A stretch of 61,432 nt of DNA, counting the filler, from Bipalium vagum (lineage: Eukaryota), in the NCBI GenBank assembly GCA_037834085.1. It is 3 parts of 3 records of this genome, joined end to end, with 100 filler letters (N's around TTAATTAATTAA, not from the genome) between each part and the next. Parts side by side here need not be neighbours in the genome. Positions count along the whole stretch, not along the records: positions 26,278 to 44,463 come from JBBMKC010037419.1; positions 44,564 to 61,432 come from JBBMKC010089230.1; 1 more part is not named here. One strand, 5' to 3'. Made by a program: the position numbers and the translations under genes. Below, one piece after another: positions 41,437 through 53,690 of this stretch (the first letter of the stretch is position 1; each line of letters starts with the position of its first letter). A model generated the notes under the pieces. It was not told where the DNA came from and did not search any database. It saw only the letters and a list, made by a program, of their open reading frames with translations.

Positions 41437-41637
41437 AAGACAAGTCGGAGATGGAAACGAGAAATAATAATCAAAACAGAAGAAACCCAGAACTTCAAAA
41501 TTATTATCAAAATCGAAAAATCCAAAAATTATTAACGGTGGTGGTGCTGGAATTTTTCTGTTTCTGGACTCCAGTATTTTTGGCAAATACATGGTTAGCA
41601 ATCCACAAAGATTCTGCTAAAAATTACATCTCGTCAG
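41437..41637 (+). CDS. CCK/sulfakinin-type GPCR exon encoding ICL3-TM6-ECL3
   Basis: tttgtgttcag|AA, phase 1 compatible with the previous exon (G+AA=Glu); RKIQKLLTVVVLEFFCFWTPVFLANTW; donor G|gtaatt. Confidence 0.88.
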
Positions 41638-41725
41638 GTAATTAATAATTGAAATTTTATAATAATTATAGTGACTTGTTCTTGAATTAATTTAAGATTT
41701 GAGCAATTTTTTCTCAATTTCTAAG

Positions 41726-41841
41726 CCACCATGTTAATTAGTTCATTAAAAATGAATCCAATATCATACGCTCTTATGTTATGTTGCGTAGTATTTGATG
41801 TTCATATGTGTATAGAGAGAATATTTGATAATTTTGGATGA
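41726..41841 (+). CDS. probable TM7/C-terminal exon of the GPCR (atypical, possibly frameshifted)
   Basis: MNPISYALM (NPxxY) at 41752-41778; in frame with acceptor tttctaag|41726, but TM7 would then be short; the alternative acceptor at 41697 is out of frame. Confidence 0.5.
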
Positions 41842-44236
41842 ATAATTTCCGTTTTGTCAGAATTTTTATATTATTTATAATTTTATTTTCTTTGAAAAGT
41901 TCTCATTTAATATTAAATTTACTACATTAAATTTAAAGTCTTCATTTACCCACTTACAAAAAACAAAAGATTATTTTAATCAATTTGTTTTTAAGGTATC
42001 TTAAAAATGTTACTGATATCATTTTGTAAAATTTTCAGGGCTTCTATCATGAGATATTTTGGACTTATTTGCGGAATTGACAAATAATTTATGAAACACA
42101 CCAACATATTTATATTATTACCTTAATATATAATATTAAGGTATTAAATAAAATAAAGGTACTGAACTTTCGAAACATTTTTACTTAGAATTAACCAGAA
42201 TAAATCACTAGAAAATTTTATTATAAACTTTTAGTAGGAATTTAAGCTTTGAATTTTTATCTTTCCCTTCACCAATGATTGGTGTTAATGATGAAAGACA
42301 ATAAGACAATAGTAAAAACAAATATCAAATGTTCCAACAAAAATCAATTCCCATTATTTGAAATCGAATAGATCAATTATATCTTGAAATCAATGACAAA
42401 CAGTAAAATGTACACAAAGAACGAAATATAAATCAATAACAATAGTTAAAATGAAAATATTAACCTTTAGCAATGAAAAGTGAATCGATTTATAAATAAC
42501 AAAAAAGGAATCCTTACCCTAACGTGAGAATTCCATCAACCCTTGGATCATCAGTTAGACGCATCTAAAAACGACTGAACTCCAATGATTCGGTTGCTTG
42601 TCCTTTAATAAGAGTGCATCAGTGATACCTATTTCAATTAAAATATTCTTTTTTTATTTTCTTTTCAAAACAATCATAGTTTTCTTTGCAAGTTGTTTTT
42701 GAATAAAAATATTCATCTTACAATAACAAAACAATCGTTAAGGATTTCAGGCCAAATTTCCTGATTTCCCTTCTTTTAAATACATAATCCTCATGTGCCC
42801 ATTATCCGAGCAATAGTATTGTTAAGATCCTAAGATGAGTGGTTAAAGTAATGTTAAAGTTGGAGCTTAATTTTGACTTAGGTCCTAACGGTTGAACGTT
42901 GCATGAAGATATGTTCGTTAAAATTATTTAAATTAAATGAGAAAACGATATAAAGTTTAATACTTTTATTTTTAATCAAAATAAAGTTTTAAACTACAAA
43001 TGAATGATACCGATCTTGACCGTTTAATGTGAATTTATTAATTATAATTATTATTTATAAAAATTCTCTCGTAATTAGGCTCAGAGGTCCTCAATGAAGA
43101 AAAACAAATAAATTTCACCTCCATACTTAGCGTGTGAAATATGAACAAAAAAATAAAGGGTAAATGAGAAAGAGGAGTTTAAAAGGTTAATTGATCCTCA
43201 GGTCCTGGCCTGAGTATTTAATTATTATTATTTTATAGAAACTGTCTTTTCTAACAAGACACGCCTGTTTAATAAGAAATGTGAATGTTTACAAAACAAT
43301 AAATGTTATTGAGGATCGAAACCAGTCTTGTAAATCTTAGATTTCAAGCCGGTGGTATATTATATTATAGAGATATATAAATATATTATATTATAGAGAT
43401 ATATAAATATTAATAAAAACTTGCTACAGATACTGTTTCAGGTTATAATTTAAATTATACGAATAAAACCAAATTATTACTTATGATCAGACTTATGAAA
43501 ATACCACTTTTATTAAAAATAAACTTTGACACTATTTAGTATCAAGTAAAAACAAAAAATTTACTTTCTCCTCTGTGCCTGACCAAAATCTGTTGGTGAA
43601 TTTGTCGTCGTAGGATAGGCTTAGCTAGGATCAATTTATCACGCTGTTGTTTGGGATTCTGATATCTGAGGTTCCGATAACGTTTCGTCTTGCTCTAAAC
43701 TAGAAAGGTAGTGTTCTTTGGTGGTTAATAGTTTTATGCTGTTTGCTCTGGAGAAGTCTCGCTTGGTCTATTTGTAATTCGTTCTGTCGTTCTTTGCTGA
43801 TTTCTCGAGTCTACATATATATTTTCTTGTCTTTATTGCTCCTGCAGCTTGATTTGCTCTAATTGAGACTTTGAAATTGACACTGTTGTAATTGATACTG
43901 TTGATACTGTTGAAATTGATACTGCTTTCTTTCACAATCTGACTGTTTCCAATTACAGAATTAAACTTTGAGGGAGGTCTACGACTTTGCCTTGTAGTTG
44001 ATTAAATGCGATATAAAATCTTGTTTTTTGATCATTTGGTTGTGCCATTTAAAAATGTTTGCTTTCTTTTATATAACTCTTTTTTCCTTTTTTTATTATT
44101 AGTAAGTCTCTTTTCCTTTGTATAATTTTATTAATTCCCTTTCCTTCTATTTTTAACATTTTCTCATAAAATTTCTTTTCTGCTTTCTATTTTTGGTAAC
44201 TTATTGTTACCTTAAAATTTTCCTAAATAAATTTAA

Positions 44237-44238
<2 letters not shown>

Positions 44239-44283
<45 letters not shown>
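44239..44283. repeat. (AAT)n microsatellite
   Basis: Directly visible. Confidence 0.95.
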
Positions 44284-44288
<5 letters not shown>

Positions 44289-44463
44289 TAATTATAAACT
44301 ATATCCCAATATTATTAATAATAATTCTTACATATTAAGCTACTATTTTATAATTTATCTTGTTTACTATATTATCTACTTTTATCTTATTATTATTTAC
44401 TTATCGTTTGTTATTATTTAATTATCATTTAATTTTCGTTTTATTATTTTCCGGTCAAAATCG

Positions 44464-44563
44464 NNNNNNNNNNNNNNNNNNNNNNNNNNNNNNNNNNNNN
44501 NNNNNNNTTAATTAATTAANNNNNNNNNNNNNNNNNNNNNNNNNNNNNNNNNNNNNNNNNNNN
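44464..44563. other. artificial scaffold-joining linker N44-TTAATTAATTAA-N44
   Basis: Identical architecture to 26178-26277. Confidence 0.95.
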
Positions 44564-44600
44564 TGATGAAGAACTGAAAAATAAAAGTTCGAAACATGTT
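44564..44600 (+). ncRNA. minimal type I hammerhead-ribozyme-like motif (Penelope-type), 5' truncated by the scaffold end
   Basis: (c)TGATGA-A-GAACT-gaaaaataaa-AGTTC-GAAA-CATG-TT: core boxes, 5-bp stem II, palindromic ACATGT in place of stem III. Confidence 0.5.
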
Positions 44601-45599
44601 TCATGAAAATATATATTTGAATAAATTTTGTATTTATTTAGTAAAAGGCGTATATTCGAAAAATAATATAATATAATATAGTATAATATAAAATAATATA
44701 AAATAATATAAAATAATATAATATAATTTAAAATAATTTAATATAATATATAATATAAATAATAAAATATAATAATGAAAAATAAAAAAACAATGAAAAA
44801 TTAATCATAATTAAATAATAATAATAGATACAAAAATAAATTTATTGTGTCAACTCTTGATTATCATCGATATCTTTCTTCTGAGATCGCTTAACATCAT
44901 TGTTGTGAGGATGTTCATCATTAAAAGAATTAAGAAAATGCCTAAATTTCATTATCTATTCCTTCACTGTGAAGCATCTTGATAGGAGCAAATTGAAATT
45001 TAATACTCCCTTCTGAAAGCAATTTAGAGCAAACCTTTAATTTGAAATTATTTCCCTGTAAAGTGCTCAACGTATCACTGTTGGTGAAATGATAAAATTA
45101 TTTAATCAAGCGTGGAAGCAATAGTTTAAGAGTCTGAATGAGAGCAACTTTCCGAAAATTATTAATTATCCTCAAAATGAAAAAAAAGAAAATCAGCTTG
45201 TCATCAAGGGATTTTTCTTTTATTGATATTGATATATATATAATTATTCCATATAAATTGAAAGGTAATGATTAAAAGTTATGAAAATTGAGATTATTAA
45301 TTAATTACTGATTTATGTGATTTAATCTTTATAACTTTTATCTCATTTGTTGGATTTATTTTTAGCATATTATAAAATATCAAAATATAAAAAATGAACA
45401 GATTTTTTGCAAAAGAATAAAAAATATTTTAAAAATTAATATTATCACCAAAACAATGTTGAGTATTTTTATTTTTTTAATAAAAAAATATAAATAAATT
45501 TTTTATATATTTTTTTCCACAATAATTTAAAATAATTATAATATTAGTGAAGCAAGCTTAACGGTTAGAAGGTTTTTTAGGCTTGTTTAAAGTTATTGA

Positions 45600-45950
45600 T
45601 TTTTTCAAGTGGTATGTGGTCTGGCATTATTTTTTTTCAGAAGTACCTCATTTCTGTAACTGATGACGAATATATTTGCTACATCTTCTCATACATTCAT
45701 TTCGATCTAATTCTGCAAAACAAAAGTGTACGTCGAACGTATTTTTCGGAATTAATTCAAATTGAATGACAAGTTTGAAATTCCACCATACACATAACAA
45801 CACCTTTTTGATAACCGTTATCCTTTTAGAACTGGTTTGGCCACCTGGCCTACATCCAGCCATTACTTTTTTTATCTATTTTACATTTGAGATAACAATT
45901 TGACCAATAAAACGTTCATCAAGGGGATTTTCAAGCAGAAGCATAATATA
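45600..45950 (-). mobile_element. mariner transposase remnant
   Basis: KKVLLCVWWNFKLVIQFELIP; NARPH-like segment near 45620. Confidence 0.75.
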
Positions 45951-47495
45951 CACTACCTGTACTTTTAAAAATATAAATATTGAAAAAATTGAGGTCACAA
46001 GACCTCCGCGATATTAAAAAAGGATAAAAAATATTTTAAGATTTCGGTAAATGTAAATTTATGTGTAAAATCGTTTTATTTTGTTTAAATGCAAATTCAT
46101 TATTTGTTTGAATTTTAAAAAATTAAATGATTCAAAAATATAAATAAAATTAAAATTTTGAATATTTATTAACATTATATATATAAATTTATTCTCACAT
46201 AAAAGAAAAATATATAACGTTTTATTAATTTAGAAAAATTTCACTATAAAATTTTTTGAAAATATTAAATTTGTAATTTGATATTAACAATTTTACGAAA
46301 CGAAGCATTTAAAATTCATAAAAGTCAATCGAAAAGTTTTCATAACAAAAATTTTATTTTCTTGATTAATTCTTGGCTTTAAAAATTGTTTACGATTCAG
46401 TAAAATATTAATATTTATCAAAGAAGAATAAAAAAAACTTTTTTCCTAACGAAAAAAATGTCAATTTTTCCCGAATAATCTGGCTGAATTATTGATTAGA
46501 ATGTTTTCCGAGAGATTTGCAGTAAATACATTTGAAATTGATGTAATGAAAAATAAATAAAAATTAATAAAAATACCCGATTTTTTTATAAAAGTTTCTC
46601 CAGTATTTTTCAAAAATAATATTAGTTTTAAGAAAAAATTAAATTTTTCTATTTTTGAAACATTTTATGAAAATTAATTATCGTGAAAATATCGTAGAAG
46701 GAAAGGAAATTCAATATGGCATAAAACAAATTAATTCAACAGAATTATTTAATAAATCTTATTTTTAAACTAAAAGATTTTAAATTTATCTTTCAATTAA
46801 AACAAAGTTATGTTCTATTTATAAAAAATAATAAAGTATTTATTTTTCTAAAATAATTAAGTTAATTTTTAACCAATTATTATTAATTAATATTAATGTT
46901 TTTTTTAAAAGAAAATAATTATTATAAATGGAAAAAATAATATTATAAATTTTAAATTGGAAGTTATTGTATTCACAGGTATAATGTAATATAAACAAAA
47001 TTTATTGAGGGATAATAATGATTACAATAATAAAAAAATTATTAATATTGATTATATTTGTAATTAATAAAAAAAGTGTTTTATCTTAATAATTCATTTA
47101 TAATTAATATTAATAAAATAAATTAATATTTTTATAAATTTTATTTTTCTCACTATCCGTAGCAATCTTCTTTAAATATTATTTTTATGATTATTTAAAT
47201 GAAATGATAAATTAAATATATAAATAGATAATAATCTGTAATTTTAATTTAATAATTCTGATAAGATCTACTGACAAAATATTTATTATTTTAACTGATT
47301 ATTTCAATTTCAATTATTCTTTTGTAAAAAATTGTTTTTTAAGTCTAAGAAAATAATGTTTTATAGGAGAAAAAGATTTTTTAACAATTTCGAAGGAATG
47401 TTTTATTTATTCTAATAATGTTTATTTAAATAATTATTAAAATATTAAAAAATATTTTGTCAGTATTGATTTAGAAATTTATTTTAAGTGAAATA

Positions 47496-48374
47496 TATCT
47501 TTGTCGACCCCAAAAACCTGTGCAAAATATATTTTGTTGGTTTGCTTAGATTTTTTGATATTGATATGTTTTAATAATCGTTATTAAATTATTGTTGTGT
47601 TTTAGTTTTATTTAAATTAATTGAATTCGATGAAGGAATACCAAAAACGGTTGACAGATGAGCAGACGTTGAAAACATTAACATCAGTACAGGAAAATTC
47701 AAGTCTTCTTTAAAGTAGACAGCATACCATACAAAACATCATACAAAACATCATTACAGGTACACAAAATAGGGCAAACACAGTAGCTATGCTTGGCAAG
47801 AAACAGGAGAGTCCAGAATAGTATTGCCAACGCCAATGACCTCAACATCAAAACTAAAACCATGCACTGTATTGCAATGTCCACAAATGGTGTACAACAC
47901 ATTTACCGACTTCCTTCCAAAAGCATAGTTAATACTCTACTATATATATTACAGAAACAAATTAGACGTCTTCCAACCTCAATACTCAATGAGAATGCAA
48001 GGTGTCATGTGGAAAAAGTTGTTCGTAATTGTTTGTTGCTGCAGGATTAACTGTTAACCAAGCAACTACTTTTCGTTTTCAAAACTCACCAAATTCATGG
48101 TTGGCAAGCTTTAGGATGATTTGGAAGCAGGCACTACACAGGCTCTTAATTCAATTCCACAATAAAGGTTTTATGATGCAGTGGCCTGAAAGACTGCGGT
48201 TGATTGTTGATGTTGAAGGATATTATTGTGATGAAAATATTTTGAATTAGGATTTATGCTTTTTTATTACAACTTATTATTACATAACATTATTGATTTG
48301 TTCAGTTAAACATAAAATCTTCTGTTTTTAAAAATTTTCTTTTTGGTCAGGTTTTTTTTGGGTCGACAAACATA
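47496..48374 (+). mobile_element. decayed mariner-like element with both TIRs
   Basis: TATCTTTGTCGACCCCAAAAACCTGTGCAAAA ... TTTTGGTCAGGTTTTTTTTGGGTCGACAAACATA; ILNENARCH and QWPERLRLIVDVEGYYC. Confidence 0.75.
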
Positions 48375-49098
48375 AATAATCGTCGGTCTGAAATCATATG
48401 AAAAATCCGACCAAGAAGAATTGTTCTTAAGGAAACATTTTATTTCTTATTCGACATTTCTGGAACAGGGGTATAATTTTCAAAGAGAATCAATCTGAAT
48501 AAAGTTGCTAGAAATTTTGTTCCTGGGAATAAATTATAATCCGAAGCAAAACAAAAGAAATACGGTGGACGCAACACAAAAGACTAATGTCAATTTTGTC
48601 GACTAATAAAATGTAATATCTCAGAAATTAATACATCCTATAAATAATTATTATTACATTGTCAAACTCTGTGAATGGGGATAATTACACTCCTAAGCTA
48701 ATGTGAAAGCTGAGCTGTAGAATTGTCTTACAAAAAGATATTCTCCTAGTAAAATAGACTTAAATTACCCTTTCCACTTTTAATATCTTCTATTAAATTT
48801 ACAGTCTTTAGACTTCCTCAGCAGACCTAATTATACCAGTAGAAGATTTCCATTTTTATCAAAGAAAATTGGAATAGTTTTTATCATCTTCCTAAGTTAA
48901 TTGAAAAGGAAAGTATAACATTCAAGAACGTCAAGCAAAAAAGTAGAACTTTAAAAGAAAGAAGAAAAAAAGTAAAAGAATATTATTTTTATTACGGTAT
49001 AATGCTTTTAAAAAATGTTCAATACTTTAAGATAAGAATATTTAATAAAACATAAGAAATCCGTATATTGACACTGTGAGATAAATTGAAAATTAGTG

Positions 49099-49171
49099 GG
49101 TGGACGTAGCTCAGTTGTCAGAGCAGTCCATGCGCATGTGAAAGGTCCGGGATTCGAATCCTGGTATCTCC
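49099..49171 (+). pseudogene. tRNA-Ala-like pseudogene or tRNA-derived repeat
   Basis: GGACGTAGCTCAGTTGTCAGAGC...CATGCGCATGTGAAAGGTCCGGGATTCGAATCCTGGTATCTCC; homologous to 41038-41097; defective stems. Confidence 0.75.
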
Positions 49172-49621
49172 GATTAATTTTCAACTAATAGAGAGCTATG
49201 TTTGACTTTTGTAGTAGTAAATAATAAATAATTTTAATTTTAATAATAGCAATTCAATAAAAAGAAGAAAGAAAAATGAAAAGAAGTAAAAGAATAATTT
49301 TATTTTTATTGTTATTTTATTATTATTTATTTTATATTATTATTAAAAATTAGTAATAGTAGTAGTAGTATGGACTAATATTTTTCAAATATTTTTAAAA
49401 ACTTTGATTACTTTCATTCAGATAACAATATTCAATAAAATAGAATAATAAATCCGTATATTGATAGAATATTAATGATAATATCGAGTTCGTTTGACTT
49501 GTGCCAAAATTCAGCCAGATGTCAAAACTGAAAATTTGAGATAAAATTTGACACTAATCCCTTTTTGGTTTTAACCAAATTTATTTATTATCATATTTAA
49601 AAAGAATCTTTTTTATCTCAC

Positions 49622-49776
49622 CCGGTGTAGTCGATATTTGATATCGTTTAAGTTCAACAGAATCATGGTTTTGATAAAAATATGAAGAGCCTGCGTTGGT
49701 TGATGACATGAGAGGGTTGACGAGATTCTCCTTTATCTCACTGTTTGAAGCGGGATAATAATTTGCCGCTGTATTC
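49622..49776 (-). CDS. cytoplasmic juxtamembrane exon of the RPTP-like membrane protein
   Basis: aaattttag|G ... CCG G|gtgaga; RNTAANYYPASNSEIKENLVNPLMSSTNAGSSYFYQNHDSVELKRYQISTTP; follows a 45-nt intron in phase. Confidence 0.8.
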
Positions 49777-49821
49777 CTAAAATTTAGATTCAATAATGAA
49801 GAGAATTTAGTTGAATTTTAC

Positions 49822-49978
49822 CTTAATTTTAAGCATGGTGGAAAAATTTCCATATTTATATTTCTTCTTTTCATAATCAAAATCAACAAGAAAAGAGCAA
49901 AGAAAATGATAATGGGGATCAAGATCGATGCCAGAATCAGTTCTGAAAATATTATAGTTGTTGGGAAATTACTGTCAG
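49822..49978 (-). CDS. transmembrane exon of the RPTP-like protein
   Basis: ccaacag|CT ... AG|gtaaaa; ADSNFPTTIIFSELILASILIPIIIFFALFLLILIMKRR = TM helix plus basic stop-transfer. Confidence 0.85.
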
Positions 49979-50026
49979 CTGTTGGAAGATATTTTATTCA
50001 GTAGGTTTAGTTTCAACATGAAATAC

Positions 50027-50102
50027 CTGTTAAGGGGTTGAGATTTCTTGACCATTTTCCCATGGCACAAACATCTTTAATGGAATTTTCATCAAAGATT
50101 GA
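50027..50102 (-). CDS. membrane-proximal ectodomain exon of the RPTP-like protein
   Basis: aattttag|SIFDENSIKDVCAMGKWSRNLNPLT G|gtattt; phase-0 start matches the donor at 58134; followed by a 48-nt intron. Confidence 0.8.
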
Positions 50103-51433
50103 CTAAAATTGATTATATAATGAAAATAATAAAAACGATTATATGAATTGTTTTTTCGATAATCAATTTCAAGGATTTTTAAATTATTAAAATTTGTTTA
50201 AATTAACTCTTTCAAAAGATGCAAGACTCCGGGTTAAAGAAATCGGTATATTACAATGTTCCAATATTAATTATACCGCGAAAATCTTTTGAAATGAAAA
50301 CAATCTCCCAACTGAAAATGGGATTTCTTTTTAAATGAATTAAAACAGGAATTTGAAAAATAAAACAAAAATATCCACCTACAGTGAGGCAGTCCTAATT
50401 AAATTGGGAATTCGGAATAAAACAGTAACGAAATATTATTCATTAAATTAATAAAAATGATATTTTATGTCAAACATTAAAAGAAATTAATGTAGGTCAG
50501 AAAATCCTAGCAGAAGTTTTGAATTATCTCCACAGACCTTTAGTCATAAAGGAATATAATGATTATGTTGATTGCTGGGAGAACATGTTGGAAAGAATGT
50601 TATTTTCTCTTTGTTATTACATTTATTATTTAGAATTTTATTTACTTTTTTTTTTATTTTATATATAACCATGGCAATGCTAAATAAAAAAAAATGTTAT
50701 TGAAAAGATAAATGAATTGAAATATAAGAGCCTGATACGTCTTCTTACATTCCCTCATCTGTGACCAATCTGGCTATTATTTAGGTCGCTGTTTATCTTT
50801 TTGTGTTGAAAATAATTCTCGGATATGGATGATAGAGAAATTGGAACTCGAGATGTTCACTGATAAAACACTTCATCATTTTACAAGGAGTTTGGTGAAA
50901 AGTTACACCATCAAATAGAAATTCAGTTATAAATAATTGAGTGACATTTGTAATCTGTTATAAAGACATATCTTTATTAGCTAATTCTCATTCGTGAATG
51001 TTCACATACACCGTTTTCACTTCTTTTTAACATTATTTTCAAATTACAACTGTAAAAATTACAAATTGTAAAAATGAGCAATTACAGAAGTAACATACGT
51101 ATTGTTCGTACTTCAAATATTATGTAAATTTAATACAGGTTTAAAGAAAAAATGGAAACATAAATGAAGACAGAAAAAGAATATTTGAATCAAACATGGC
51201 AGGGAAATCAATTTCAACTATTTCGTAATTGTTACATGTCAATCAAACCACAGTACACGAAATAGTCAAGAAATATAAAAAATACTCAAGGAAGTTATGA
51301 AAAAATTTAAAATAAGCACTTTAAAGCCAAAGACACGTTTTAATAACATCCTTTTTTTTAACATCTTTTTTTTGTTACAGGATAAAATTATTCTTATCAC
51401 ACAGCTTTAAGAAAACCACGCCAATATTAAATT

Positions 51434-52145
51434 TATGAGGGTGGATTGATAAGTACGCACTACCTGACGAACCAGTGTTGTCACAAAATAAAATTAACTT
51501 TATTATCGAGAAGAACAATCAGCCATTGTAATAATATAAAATTTTGATATTTATTCATCCTTTAGGTTTATTGTTTAAATCGTTTGAAATGATCAACTTT
51601 TTAATTCTGTACAAGATGGAGAAAAATGAATTTTGTGTAGTGATTCAACACTAATTTTTGAAAAGAGAAAACGAACAAAGAAACATTCGGAAAACTAGAA
51701 AAATTACGGTGAATCTGGTGATTACGTCAATTCTGATCGATATAATCTACGACATTTTTTTCTAAGATAGTCGAGAAAAGAATGTGAGTTAGTTAACACA
51801 ACAAAAAGAAGGGACGACCTCATTGCAAAAAGAAAAAAGTACTTTGACAATGTACCTGCTCACCAATACTGGTAAACTGAACAAAAATTGCATAAAGCTT
51901 CAACATGCAACATATTCTTCAGATTTAGCGCCGCCTGATTTCTTTTTATTTTCAGATTTCTAAAATAGCTTTTTGGAAAGAGATTTCGGTCAAATAACTG
52001 AGCATTTTGAAGCTTATGATAAATAATACTTTTCAAATGGTATCATAAGCCTCGAGCAATGTGAAATAAATACAAATTTTAAAATAGAATTATGTTGAAA
52101 AAAATGTTCTTTCTTAGGTAGTTTACTTATCCATCCATCCTTGTA
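51434..52145 (+). mobile_element. internally deleted mariner with TIRs (intronic)
   Basis: TATGAGGGTGGATTGATAAGTA ... TACTTATCCATCCATCCTTGTA; MEKNEFCVVI start, DNVPAH, HATYSSDLAPPDFFLF. Confidence 0.8.
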
Positions 52146-52679
52146 TTCATATATTTATATCCGTTTCACAAAACATACTTTCTAATTTGATTAAGAAATT
52201 AAGATATAATTAAAAATAATTTAAATTATATTAATTAAATTACCTTACAAAAAAGCCTTTCTTCGATCATTGATTCTAAATCAGGTTTTTCATGGAATAG
52301 AAAATAAGATGAAAAGGAAGACATGGAGGGTTAAGTTCAGAATTTTTGATTACATCCTTTTATACCAGATAACAATTTGGTACATTACTCAAATACTCTG
52401 GAGATATAAAACCAGATTATCTGTAGTTTTAGAGGATTTTATTTTTATTAAAAACTATTTGTATGAAGTGTAATACGATTCTGATCACTTCTATAACAAT
52501 AAACGCATTTCATTAAAACAATCAATTTTGCTCAAGTCTAAATATGCGTCTGATAGTTTTAAGTAGAATCAGCCCAGATCGTAAATCGAATGTATCAAAA
52601 ACGAACTCCAAAAAGTCACTTTTTAATAAAAAATTATTAATTTGTTATTGATTTATAAAATATTTTTCATAGGATTATT

Positions 52680-53690
52680 AAAAATGGACCGCTATACGAA
52701 AGATAATAATATTTTCATTGTTTAGAAATTATTTAAAAATAATGAAAGCTTGGCAGCTACAGTTCGCAATTTTAGTACAATAAATGGTCGGAATCGTGAT
52801 TTTCTTCTTTCAGCCGTAAAGAAATTAATTTTAAAAATGAGTGAGACAGGTTTAAATAGTAATATTTGAAAATATTCAACTAGTAGATCGAAACAAAACA
52901 TCGGATCAGTTTTGGAACATTAATTCAGCGCGGTTGTCAAAAAATTGATATTCCGAGAAGTTTTTCACAAGGTATTTTCATTAAAAATTTGAATATTCGT
53001 GCTTACAAAGTTCGATTTTCTCACGAACTGAAGCCCACTGGCAAACGAAAAGAAAATGGAATTCGTTGAATTGGTTGTAAAACAACAACAATCAGATGCT
53101 GATGATTCGAAAAGAATCATTTTCAGCGATGAAGCTCATTTCCATCTTCATGGTCTGTAAATCGTCCAAATTTTCGCAATCCAAAAGTGACTGTTGAATG
53201 AATAATACATCTGCAACGTGTCACTTTTTGGTGTGTATTTTGGCTGGATGTATCATCGAACCATTCTTCAATAATTTAGTTGATTAAGTAATAAAAATTA
53301 ATGCTGTTTGCTGTCGCGATACGATAATCCATTATTTAGTGTCTAAATTACAAGATACGGATTTGACAAATGTAGTTTCAACAAGATGTTACTACATTTC
53401 ATGTAACTAGACAGAATTCAATTACTACATAACTCTTTTCTTGGTTTTATTTCCTTTTTCTTTACCAAAATTGGCCTTCAGATCATGAGACATGAGATTT
53501 TGCCTTTGGAGTTATTTTTTAATGCTAACAAGACCACGACCATACACTCATTGAAGGAAAAATTTACGAGTCGTATCAACAAAATTTATCTAGATTTATA
53601 CAAACAGATCATTGAAAATTTTGACAGAGTCTATATGTGCCAAGTAAGTCGTGGAGGTAATTTATCAAAGATGCTATTTCATACTTAAAA
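52680..53690 (+). mobile_element. decayed rosa/DD41D-like transposase (intronic)
   Basis: MDRYTK, NNESLAATVRNF, AYKVRFSHELKP, IIFSDEAHFHLHG, QRVTFWC, NWPS, CQVSRGGNL. Confidence 0.8.

Noticed and set aside
7588-41841. Neuropeptide gene and peptide GPCR as a linked ligand-receptor pair
   Set aside because: They are separated by an artificial linker at 26178-26277, and YFRLamide does not resemble CCK/sulfakinin ligands
42518-42564. Minus-strand 47-nt exon (ttttag|MRLTDDPRVDGILTL|gtaagg) or hammerhead (CTGATGA-TCCA..TGGA)
   Set aside because: No partner exons found and it is on a different scaffold from the RPTP-like gene; the GAAA box needed for a hammerhead is absent
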